Virus record (IMG/VR): IMGVR_UViG_3300035698_015907
Length of the DNA: 64,000 nucleotides
Direction: 5' to 3' (one strand)
From: a virus
In this document: piece after piece, positions 39,244 through 47,045 of the stretch
Position numbering within the stretch: position 1 is the stretch's first letter
Layout of the letters: each line of letters starts with the position of its first letter
Made by a program: the position numbers and the translations under genes
Notes under the pieces: model-generated
The model's database searches: none
Told to the model about the DNA's origin: nothing
What the model saw: only the letters and a program-made list of their open reading frames with translations

Positions 39244-39309
39244 GGTATACTTACAGCAACTATTGCCTTAAGGGCATTCAAACTTGAACTTTGAAGAAGA
39301 ATGTATACC
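39244..39309 (+). ncRNA. Y-RNA-like ACAGCA-motif RNA 1
   Basis: GGTATAC-TTACAGCAA...GTATACC terminal stem enclosing TTCAAA-CTTGAAC-TTTGAA anticodon-like hairpin. Confidence 0.65.
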
Positions 39310-39322
39310 GATAACTACATAA

Positions 39323-39399
39323 TGCCCTCTAGCACAATTGGTAGTGGCGCCTGGCTCTGAACCAGGAGGTTCTAGGTTCGAGACCTGGGAGGGCAACCA
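39323..39399 (+). tRNA. tRNA-Gln(CUG)
   Basis: U1:A72, loop CTCTGAA, CCA. Confidence 0.9.
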
Positions 39400-39488
39400 T
39401 TTTAAGGATATGAAATGTCGATATTGTTTGTTCCAGTATTAATAGGAATATCATTAGCGTTTCATATCCTTCGTACTAAAGATACTAA

Positions 39489-39551
39489 AGGATCATTACA
39501 GCATTAATACTATTTCAGATAATAAGGCGCTGTTCAGACAGCATTGATCCT
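39489..39551 (+). ncRNA. Y-RNA-like ACAGCA-motif RNA 2
   Basis: AGGATCA-TTACAGCA...TGATCCT terminal stem, internal GCTGT-TCAG-ACAGC hairpin. Confidence 0.6.
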
Positions 39552-39564
39552 GAAATTATAATTA

Positions 39565-39641
39565 TTGTTTTGCTGCAGCATAATTTATTAGCTGGTTCGA
39601 TTCCGACTATCCCCGCCATATGGGGATTTTGGTAAAAACAA
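39565..39641 (+). ncRNA. Y-RNA-like RNA 3 (variant GCAGCA motif, permuted T arm + acceptor)
   Basis: TTGTTTT-GCTGCAGCA...AAAACAA; GGTTCGATTCC T loop, ATCCCC-GCCATAT-GGGGAT loop-closed acceptor. Confidence 0.5.
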
Positions 39642-39653
39642 ACCAGAAAAATT

Positions 39654-39741
39654 GGAAGATAAACTGAGTAGGTCACTCAGGGCTCCCTGGAAAGGAGTAC
39701 GGTCCCACTGGACTGCGTTTCGAGTACGCTGTCTTCCGCCA
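39654..39741 (+). tRNA. tRNA-Ser(GGA)
   Basis: Class II, loop CTGGAAA, G73. Confidence 0.9.
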
Positions 39742-39754
39742 TTAAGGATGTAAA

Positions 39755-39937
39755 ATGTCAGCATTAATTTCTTTTGTGATAGTCGCAGCTGTTGCGTTGC
39801 TTATAGCAGAAATTTGTATTTTTATTGTTAGAAAAGTACCTATCATAGATAACGCAATCAAACAGATTGTAGAATGGGCAATTTATGCCGTAACTGCAAT
39901 TTATCTTCTCATGGAAATTTTGAAGTTAGTAGGATAA
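39755..39937 (+). CDS. Small two-TM membrane protein
   Basis: AAGGA RBS, two hydrophobic helices. Confidence 0.6.
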   Translation: MSALISFVIVAAVALLIAEICIFIVRKVPIIDNAIKQIVEWAIYAVTAIYLLMEILKLVG

Positions 39938-40017
39938 TAAATCTAACAGGGTTAGACATCGTTTCGAAAACGATTGGGTCCTAACGGACTGGGGATCGAG
40001 ACCTCTATTATCCGCCA
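39932..40017 (+). tRNA. tRNA-Ser(CGA)
   Basis: Class II, loop TTCGAAA, G73. Confidence 0.88.
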
Positions 40018-40023
40018 TCTATT

Positions 40024-40110
40024 GGAGAGTCAACCTAACAGGGGTTAGGGCCCGCCTTGAAAGCGGATCGGTCCTTCGGGACTGGGGTTCGAGTCCTCGG
40101 CTCTCCGCCA
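40024..40110 (+). tRNA. tRNA-Ser(UGA)
   Basis: Class II, loop CTTGAAA, G73. Confidence 0.93.
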
Positions 40111-40142
40111 TCTAATTAAATTTAATAACATATAATAAACGG

Positions 40143-40173
40143 TTGACAACGGATGCTAACCGTGGTATAAATA
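40143..40173 (+). promoter_or_regulatory. Composite early (TTGACA-N17-TATAAA) / late (TATAAATA) promoter for tmRNA
   Basis: Both motifs overlap at the -10 element. Confidence 0.7.
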
Positions 40174-40176
40174 AAG

Positions 40177-40573
40177 TCATGATCAAGTTGTTAAGTCAGC
40201 AGGTTCATAGCAGATGGTTTCAGGACCCGGGGGCAGTACCCGGCGCCTCCACCATGAGTACACAGTAACAAAATATATTTTGTTATAACAAAATATTGGT
40301 CAGGACTTCCGCGGCCCTGGTTTTATTATAGTTGTTAAACGATCTCACTCGCGATCACTCGCGATGAGATGCAGAATCTATAATAGTTATCTGTGTATTC
40401 TTGATGGGGGCGAAATAGGTTTCGACTGATGCAGTAAACTAGAAAATCGATCATCGTTTTGCACACGCCAGTGCTCGTAAGATAGATGCCAACGATAATG
40501 ACATCGCTGTTGAGATGGCCCTAGCGGCTTAATCTCTCGGGGTTCGAAGGTACCTGGCAACAGAAACCTTCAC
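40177..40573 (+). ncRNA. ssrA: Permuted two-piece tmRNA (alphaproteobacterial type); tag ANDNDIAVEMALAA (40488-40532)
   Basis: Acceptor piece ends GGACCCGGGGGCAGTACCCGGCGCCTCCACCA (40254); coding piece starts GGGGGCGAAATAGGTTTCGAC (40406); outer ends approximate. Confidence 0.93.
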
Positions 40574-40587
40574 TTAATTTTGGCTAA

Positions 40588-40710
40588 AGGATTGTTACAG
40601 CAAAATTTATGCTTGGCTTTCAACCACCTTGTCGTAGGTTCGAATCCTACCTTCTCCAATTGGGGAAGTAGCTCAGTTCGGTAGAGCGGGTAACGCAAAA
40701 AAGCAATCCT
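40588..40710 (+). ncRNA. Y-RNA-like ACAGCA-motif RNA 4 with circularly permuted tRNA module (YrlA-like topology)
   Basis: AGGATTGTT-ACAGCAA...AGCAATCCT stem; order is T arm, loop-closed acceptor CTTCTCC-AATT-GGGGAAG, then D arm. Confidence 0.75.
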
Positions 40711-40742
40711 GACCAGCATACCACGAATTAATAATTTGAATT

Positions 40743-40819
40743 GCCCCGATAGCTCAACGGTTAGAGCAGATGTTTCTAAAGCATTGTGTTGTGGGTTCGA
40801 ATCCCACTCGGGAGCGCCA
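40743..40819 (+). tRNA. Amber-anticodon tRNA(CUA)
   Basis: GATGT-TTCTAAA-GCATT anticodon arm, canonical D and T arms, bulged A in acceptor stem, GCCA end. Confidence 0.75.
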
Positions 40820-40905
40820 TTTGAGGAACTATAATGAATAATTTTTAGATTAATATGGAGGTGATGATGTAGATCATTAAGAAACCTCCATAAAGTACAT
40901 ATCAA

Positions 40906-41340
40906 TTGAACATTAATTTTAATTCAAGGAGATATGTAATGCATTCTGAAACAAGAAAATGGGTTGAAGATTCAATCCGCAATGAATATTTTTTCACCAA
41001 AGAAAGTTCTGAGTTTAATAGTCTTTGGCGAGAATATTTTTCAATTATTAATAAGTTTTCAAAAGAGTTGAACACCCTCAATACTTCTAAAGAAGTATAT
41101 TTGGATTGGGTTAAGACTTGGAGAATGTTTTATTCTAAGCTTTCTTATGAAAGTAGAATGTGCAAGAAGGCTAGGAAAACTACAAAGTTTAGTAATAGTC
41201 ATGCAGAATATGCCGCTGAAAATGCACGAAGACTTAAGACTGTTGCAACAAGTATGATGCATCTTAGGGCAGAATCAAAAGAATTTGCCGAAGAATCATA
41301 TTTAAAAGAACATAAAGAAAAAAGTGAAATAGCAGCTTAA
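40906..41340 (+). CDS. Hypothetical protein (probable start at MHSET ~40939)
   Basis: AAGGAG RBS; YLDWVKTWR..Y..LS motif. Confidence 0.65.
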   Translation: MNINFNSRRYVMHSETRKWVEDSIRNEYFFTKESSEFNSLWREYFSIINKFSKELNTLNTSKEVYLDWVKTWRMFYSKLSYESRMCKKARKTTKFSNSHAEYAAENARRLKTVATSMMHLRAESKEFAEESYLKEHKEKSEIAA

Positions 41341-41347
41341 ATAAAGG

Positions 41348-41376
41348 TTGACATGTTAATTCTAGTGTGGTAATAT
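41348..41376 (+). promoter_or_regulatory. Sigma70-type promoter upstream of the large ncRNA
   Basis: TTGACA-N17-TAATAT. Confidence 0.7.
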
Positions 41377-41429
41377 TACTACACAATAACAAATTAGCAA
41401 ATTGCCTTTTAACAAAAGCAGAAAGAAAA

Positions 41430-42370
41430 TATATAACAAGAATTGCGTGTGGCAAATGGATGGTGTTTAGCCATCGCCTACTAATCAAGGAATAACCTGT
41501 CTCTTAAAAGACAAACGAGATTAGATGCAGCAAGAATTGGCGGCGTGACGTCATTAGGATAAGTTCCGTAAGGAACCCAATGCAGGAATTCCTACATACC
41601 TGCTCTGAAAGGCCATTTACGCAGACCTGACCGACATCGCGAGATGTGCTTCGTTTAGAAAACGGACGGAGATAAAATGGAAGTCAGGCAGAGGAAATAG
41701 CATATGTTTATGTGCCACCTCGGTGGGAACACAAGCATATGAAGAGATCTGGAAAATCCTCTCTGCAACCAAACTGACCATATTCTACGGTAAAGGGTAG
41801 TTCATTTGTTCGAGATCGCAATCAAGAGCTTATGAGCAGTTTTGCGGGTTAAGGGTTTCACTTGTAGTGAAGTCATTGATCCAAAGAAATCAGCTGAGTA
41901 GTCGGCAGACGAAAGGTATGAGGAGTGTTGTATTCTGTATCTAACAAGATTCGGAGCAACTGAGATAGCACTTTTCTGTAGGTTAGCATAGCTCAAACTA
42001 GAGCAACTCGGTTTTAACGAGTAGGTTGGTGGTCTGATAGCCACCTGTTTATTTAAACGCAAAGACTATCTCAGATAACCACGTAAAGTGGCAAATGGTT
42101 GAACCTTCGGGTAATCAACCCCAAAGAGACTCGCAAGGTCAAATTGGTTCGTATTTAATGTTTCATAAAGGGAAGCACCCTTGAATGGCCCGCAAGGTCA
42201 ATGAGAATATGAATGCGGAGTAGTGGTTATTGTTAAGCCTAACGCATGGCTTTAAATTGCGCCATCGATGTTTTACCGGAAAATTCTGGTGGATGTCTTG
42301 TTAATCTCACTCGCAAGGTGTAGAGTACGGCAGGAAGAAGCATCATATAAACGGGTAATCTCACCGTTTT
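41430..42370 (+). ncRNA. Large structured ncRNA, GOLLD-like
   Basis: ~0.9 kb without a credible ORF; many GNRA/UUCG-capped hairpins (CGCAAG x3, CGTAAG, CGCGAG, CTTCGG); within a phage tRNA array; family assignment from recollection, not searched. Confidence 0.6.
41982..42053 (+). tRNA. tRNA-Lys(UUU)-like module embedded in the large ncRNA
   Basis: GCTC/GAGC D arm, ACTCG-GTTTTAA-CGAGT, GGTGG/CCACC T stem; weak acceptor stem, no CCA. Confidence 0.5.
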
Positions 42371-42399
42371 GTAATTCTCTTAATGGATTAAGTGATAAA

Positions 42400-42783
42400 A
42401 TGAAAATCAAAGTTATTCTAACTCAAGATTTTTATCAACACGACTATGATGATTATGACAGTAATAGGATTATTACATCTGGTATTACTGAGTGGGAAGA
42501 AGTAACTCCAAAAGAATTTGAGTTTCTTAGACAGAATATTAAAAAAATTAATGTTAACGATCAAAATGCAATAATAGTTCAGCAGGATGATATTCCTGTA
42601 ATTAGACGTATTGCAGATATTAAAGAATATATTAAAAAAGAAGTTGCAGCAGAAGAAGCTCGGCGAGAAAAAGAAAAGAAGATTGCTGAAGATAAAAAAA
42701 CAGCGTGGCTTCTAAAAAAGAAAACAAAGATTGAAGCAGATGAACTTTTGTTGCTGAAAACTTTGCAAGAAAAATATAAATAA
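42400..42783 (+). CDS. Hypothetical coiled-coil protein
   Basis: MKIKVILTQ start; ITEWEEVT motif. Confidence 0.6.
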   Translation: MKIKVILTQDFYQHDYDDYDSNRIITSGITEWEEVTPKEFEFLRQNIKKINVNDQNAIIVQQDDIPVIRRIADIKEYIKKEVAAEEARREKEKKIAEDKKTAWLLKKKTKIEADELLLLKTLQEKYK

Positions 42784-42789
42784 CATCAA

Positions 42790-42875
42790 GGAAAGTGAAA
42801 CGGGGAGGTCTCCGTACCTGTTTGCTAAACAACGTGCTCTAATAGAGTGGGCTTCGATTGCTCCGCTTTCCGCCA
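42790..42875 (+). tRNA. tRNA-Ser(GCU)
   Basis: Class II, loop TTGCTAA, G73; weak anticodon stem. Confidence 0.8.
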
Positions 42876-42882
42876 GTTTTAT

Positions 42883-42971
42883 GGGATACTTACAGCAAAA
42901 TTTACATTAGCAATGGTAGCTAATCTGTCTTTAAAACAGATGATTCGGTTCAGATCCGACAAGTGTATCCC
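42883..42971 (+). ncRNA. Y-RNA-like ACAGCA-motif RNA 5 with D, anticodon (UUA) and T arms
   Basis: GGGATAC-TTACAGCAA...GTATCCC stem; TTAGC/GCTAA, TCTGT-CTTTAAA-ACAGA, TCGG-TTCAGAT-CCGA; no CCA. Confidence 0.7.
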
Positions 42972-42995
42972 GCTTTAATTTAAAAGGTTTTTAGA

Positions 42996-43300
42996 ATGTG
43001 TGCTGCTTCTTATATTGGTGATTATTTTCAGAAAGGTTTTGAGAATAATTATCCAGATACTTGGAAATATATCTATGATCAGCAACCAACACCAAAATAG
43101 ATTTGAGTAATTTTGTTACTAAAGAAGAATTCAATAAGCTCAAAACAGATATTGAAGAACTTAAAATTCTTCTAAAAGCAGCTATAAGATATGATGAGAA
43201 AACAAATCAACCTCATTGTGAACACGAAGATAAGGTTACTTTAATTAAAAGACTTGCTGAAGCTGTTGGTGTAGATCTTTCGGATCTTGATTTGAACTAA
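42996..43300 (+). CDS. Conserved phage hypothetical protein, frameshifted in the A run at 43094-43097
   Basis: MCAASYIGDY N-terminus joins VTKEEFNKLK...YDEKTNQPHCE if one A is added. Confidence 0.55.
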
Positions 43301-43305
43301 TATAT

Positions 43306-43379
43306 CACCCGGTGGCAGAAAATTGATGTATCCGCCTGCAAAGCGGAGGAAGTCGGAGAGTTACCGACCCGGGTGTCCA
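43306..43379 (+). tRNA. tRNA-Cys(GCA)
   Basis: Loop CTGCAAA, U73, CCA; atypical T loop. Confidence 0.85.
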
Positions 43380-43396
43380 TCACAGTAAGAAGAAAT

Positions 43397-43420
43397 AAGG
43401 CCCTGCGGGGCCTTTTTATT
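43397..43420 (+). terminator. Rho-independent terminator
   Basis: AAGGCCC-TGCG-GGGCCTT then T run. Confidence 0.8.
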
Positions 43421-43759
43421 GACATATGAATTCAGTTATGATATTATATTGATATAATATGGTGAGATTGATATGGCACTAGATGATGTAGTGTTTCTAC
43501 AAGTTGTTCTGGGTCCAGAAACAATTAAGAAATATTCAGATTGGATGCAGAAGTGTATTGCTGATGATTTAGAACATCAAAAGAAAAACATCAAAGATCC
43601 AGATGAAACTTATCTTATGTCGTGGGAAGCTGGATTTCCCTATCATGGTGCAATAGGCGGAGGTGTTACAATAGAAGTTTCTGAGACTAGTATTGGACAA
43701 GTAGTTCGTGCTAATTATACACCCTTAGATAGAAACATTGATCTCACGGAGTATGACTT

Positions 43760-44035
43760 ATGGTAAATAAAGATACTATGGTAGAGTTTCTCAAAAACAA
43801 TAAATATGTTAGAGTGGAATTCACCAAAGTTGATGGCTCAAAGAGAATTATGCTTTGCACTATCAATTCAGATGAATTGATCAAAATCGCATATACAATT
43901 CCTATTAAGCTAGGAACTGAAGATAAATTGAAAGAAGACACTAGCGATAGAATTGTAGTTTGGGATACTGAAAAGGATGGGTGGCGTTCTTTTCTTGTTG
44001 CTAATGTTGAAAAATTTGAGGCAATCAATATCTAG
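43760..44035 (+). CDS. WYL_2/SH3-like (DUF2693) protein
   Basis: VEFTKVDGSKRIMLCT...VWDTEKDGWRSF. Confidence 0.75.
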   Translation: MVNKDTMVEFLKNNKYVRVEFTKVDGSKRIMLCTINSDELIKIAYTIPIKLGTEDKLKEDTSDRIVVWDTEKDGWRSFLVANVEKFEAINI

Positions 44036-44247
44036 ATGAGAGCTGAAATACCAGAAGATAAAGTAATGGCAGCCGAAATGGCATTTAGAATCTCAGAACC
44101 ACATGGTGATGAAAATTCTTTTGCTGTTGCTTTAGGGAAAGGAAAGAAATTTAGAAGAGCGGGTCTTCGCCCATTCTATATCTTTGATGATGAGCAGATG
44201 CAAATCATTGTTACATCCAAAGAGAATATGGAGAACATTCTACATTA

Positions 44248-44817
44248 ATGTCATCTAAAATTCGTTTCTATTATGGAAGCATGGGTTGTGGAAAATCAAC
44301 ATATGCAATGCAGATGTGTCACATGTTAACAGCATCTGATTTTGATGCAACACTTCTTAAATCATCTTTTGACACGAGAGATGAAAATGTTATAAGATCA
44401 CGAATTGGCTTTGAAGCTAATTGTATTTCAATAGATGCTAATACTAATGTTTATGATGTGGTTAACATCTATAAAGTAACTCATATTATAGTAGATGAAG
44501 CACAGTTTTTATCTACTAAAAATATAACTTCATTAATAAAATGTGCTGATGAATACAACATGGAAATTAATTTATTCGGTTTAAGAACTGCTTATACTGG
44601 AAAATTATTTGATGCTTCTGCAGAAATTATGGCTGTAGCTGATGAACTTATTGAACTCCCTTTGATATACAAAGATGGCGAAAAAGCTATAATGCATATT
44701 AGAAAAGTTGGAGGGACTGAAGTTTATAGCGGCAAAGATGAATTTGTCGGTGATATAGATGAAGAATATGAATCAGTATCTAGAAGAGAATATTTTTCCA
44801 GAAGATATTCTAATTGA
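44248..44817 (+). CDS. tk: Thymidine kinase
   Basis: YGSMGCGKST, IRSRIG, VDEAQFL, FGLRT, YESVSR. Confidence 0.92.
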   Translation: MSSKIRFYYGSMGCGKSTYAMQMCHMLTASDFDATLLKSSFDTRDENVIRSRIGFEANCISIDANTNVYDVVNIYKVTHIIVDEAQFLSTKNITSLIKCADEYNMEINLFGLRTAYTGKLFDASAEIMAVADELIELPLIYKDGEKAIMHIRKVGGTEVYSGKDEFVGDIDEEYESVSRREYFSRRYSN

Positions 44818-44822
44818 ATTAA

Positions 44823-44894
44823 TCCCCGTTGCTCTGGTGGGTAAGTAGGCCTTTGACCCCTACCGGCTTGGTTCGAATCCAAGGCGGGGATCCA
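44823..44894 (+). tRNA. tRNA-Gln(UUG), shortened D arm
   Basis: U1:A72, loop CTTTGAC, canonical T arm, CCA. Confidence 0.75.
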
Positions 44895-44910
44895 CCTACA
44901 GGATGATAAA

Positions 44911-45420
44911 GTGAACAAACTATTCGTTTTCATACGCAGTGATTTAGAGTCTATGTCAGTTGGTAAAGCGTGCGCTCAAGTTGCTCATGCTGCTAGCATG
45001 GTATCTCATGTTTATTTTAGCATTGATGTTTTAGAAGAATATTATTCTTGGTCCGAATCTGCTCATGATTATGCAAAAAGCATAGACAAAGAAAACAAAC
45101 TTCTGCCATCATATCTTGGCTTTGGTACTACGGTCGTTTTAGATGGAAAGAATTTAGATCCTTATACTATTGTTGCTGCCCGACCAGAATTTAAGAATAA
45201 ATTCCCCGAAACAATCGAAGAATCAATTGAATCATTAGGTCAAGCTTCTGGTGTCGTTAGAGACCCTACATATCCATTAAGAGATGGTGATGTGGTTCAT
45301 AGTATAGATATTCCTACATGTTTCTGGGTTTTTGGTGATCCTTCTTCAGATTTTGAACTTTATGCATTTCTCAGAAAGTTTTCATTATATAATGGTAACG
45401 AGATAAGCTCTAATAAATAA
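44911..45420 (+). CDS. Peptidyl-tRNA hydrolase 2-like protein
   Basis: RSDLESMSVGKACAQVAHAA, GTTVVL, D.TYP. Confidence 0.75.
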   Translation: MNKLFVFIRSDLESMSVGKACAQVAHAASMVSHVYFSIDVLEEYYSWSESAHDYAKSIDKENKLLPSYLGFGTTVVLDGKNLDPYTIVAARPEFKNKFPETIEESIESLGQASGVVRDPTYPLRDGDVVHSIDIPTCFWVFGDPSSDFELYAFLRKFSLYNGNEISSNK

Positions 45421-45425
45421 AAGAA

Positions 45426-45501
45426 GCTTCCTAGGTGAATAAGGATGTCACACCCGTTTCGTAATCGGGAGGACTCGGTTCAATTCCGAGAGGGAGCACC
45501 A
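45426..45501 (+). tRNA. tRNA-Thr(CGU)
   Basis: Loop TTCGTAA, CCA. Confidence 0.88.
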
Positions 45502-45527
45502 TTTTATATTATGGAGTAGAAAATAAA

Positions 45528-46121
45528 ATGCTAAGGGCAGTATTTGCAGTAATCATATTATTAGCTTCGGTGATTTCGGCATTTATTGCCATCGGTTCAG
45601 TCAATCAAATAAAAGCAGCAGAAATTTCTACAATAGATGATAGTATTATCATCGAAGGTTTTTTTGTACCTGAAGATTTTGATAATTTTATAGAAGAAAT
45701 AAAAAAAGAAGAATTTAATAGTGTAACTAAAGTTATATTAAAAGATTCTTTAGGTGGTGATTTTTATACTTCTGTTCGTATCGGCTTATCCATAAAAATA
45801 CTTGAACTTGATACTCAAACAGAAGGCTTGTGTTATTCAGCTTGTGCATATACGTGGTTGTCTGGAAATACACGCTATTATGATCCTTTTTCTACTATTG
45901 GAATACATATGCCTGCGGGTGTAAACGATGAAACAGATGAAGATTATGCAGCTAGTTCTGAAATAGCAACACTAATGGTGGTTTGGTATCTAACCAAAGT
46001 AGATGTTCCTCTTCCTGCAATAGAAATTTTTGTTGAAGTAGATAATAGAAAAATTTTGTATTTCAATAAAACATTTCTTTTTATGCTAAATATAGAAGCT
46101 GAAGAAATAACGGATTATTAA
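45528..46121 (+). CDS. Exported ClpP/crotonase-fold protein
   Basis: Signal peptide; DSLGG, CYSACA, IGIH. Confidence 0.65.
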   Translation: MLRAVFAVIILLASVISAFIAIGSVNQIKAAEISTIDDSIIIEGFFVPEDFDNFIEEIKKEEFNSVTKVILKDSLGGDFYTSVRIGLSIKILELDTQTEGLCYSACAYTWLSGNTRYYDPFSTIGIHMPAGVNDETDEDYAASSEIATLMVVWYLTKVDVPLPAIEIFVEVDNRKILYFNKTFLFMLNIEAEEITDY

Positions 46122-46688
46122 TTATGGAAGATGCATATTATTATAAATTAGCATCCATAGCAGCAGATTTGCAGTGGATGTCTAAAGAGCTTAAATCTAA
46201 TAATTTTGAAAAGCTTTTTACTTCCGAAGGAACAAGAAAGAAAGCAAGAACTCTTTTAGGAGAAATCGGAAGAGATGCTAAATATATTCAATCTAAGGCC
46301 GGTGAAGAATTTCACACAGAATTTGAAACACAGAATTCACAGCCGCCAATTAAAGGATGATATATCTAAACGTTTAGCTAATGAAAAGATTAATCCTCTA
46401 GATTTAGAAACTGAAAGCTCTATAATTGATATTCTAGTAGAGAATAATAAACCGAATAAATGGGCTAAATTTGATTTCAATCCAGCTGAAAATTTAGCAG
46501 ATTGTGTTGAACTAGTAGAAACCGCATTCCCACAAGAAATTTGGTCCGTCGATCGTGAGATCGACGGATTTTATGTTGCGTATGTAGCTAATGATAGCTA
46601 TAGTGTTGTGAGTTTCAGCTCGTCAAGAGCTCTGATTTGGGCTGCATGGAATGCATATAGAATATCTAATGATTCAGGTACTGAATAA

Positions 46689-47045
46689 TTAATCTACATT
46701 TTCCCAGCGGTTTGTAGTTGAATTAAAAACTCTTTTCGTTGTATTGCTATTTGACTTATTAAAGAAATTAGGAAGTTTTATTCCTGTACCACCAGTAGTA
46801 ACTGGTTCTTTCCATTTTTCAGCAGCTTTTCTTCCTCCTATCAGAGCAGCTGTTATTATACCGAGAGTTATGACTCCAACTCCGGCAGCTGCAGGCCAGC
46901 CTCCAATCTTAGTTATGAAAGAATAGATATTCCAACACACACCAAAAACGATTAGAGCTACACCTACTACTATAGCGATTTGAAGCCAAAAAGGAACTAA
47001 CCCCCAGAAGCATTCAGCTGAAAGATTGAATACGCAAGCTAACAT
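46689..47045 (-). CDS. Two-TM membrane protein in the lysis cassette (holin candidate)
   Basis: Two hydrophobic helices; abuts the endolysin gene. Confidence 0.45.
   Translation of the reverse strand: MLACVFNLSAECFWGLVPFWLQIAIVVGVALIVFGVCWNIYSFITKIGGWPAAAGVGVITLGIITAALIGGRKAAEKWKEPVTTGGTGIKLPNFFNKSNSNTTKRVFNSTTNRWENVD

Noticed and set aside
37207-42062. Minus-strand ORFs 37207-37527, 38802-39104, 40570-40905, 41802-42062 (also 58663-58857)
   Set aside because: Antisense shadows of tRNA and ncRNA genes.
41430-42370. RNase P RNA or group I intron
   Set aside because: No GAGGAAAGUCC/P4 consensus was found, and it does not interrupt a gene.
42883-42971. Ochre suppressor tRNA
   Set aside because: No CCA or normal acceptor junction; the long ACAGCA linker places it in the Y-like family instead.
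39244-42971. CRISPR-like array from the repeated TTACAGCA motif
   Set aside because: Copies are dispersed, irregularly spaced and share only ~8 nt; there are no cas genes, and the Cas4-like exonuclease is a standard T4-like gene.
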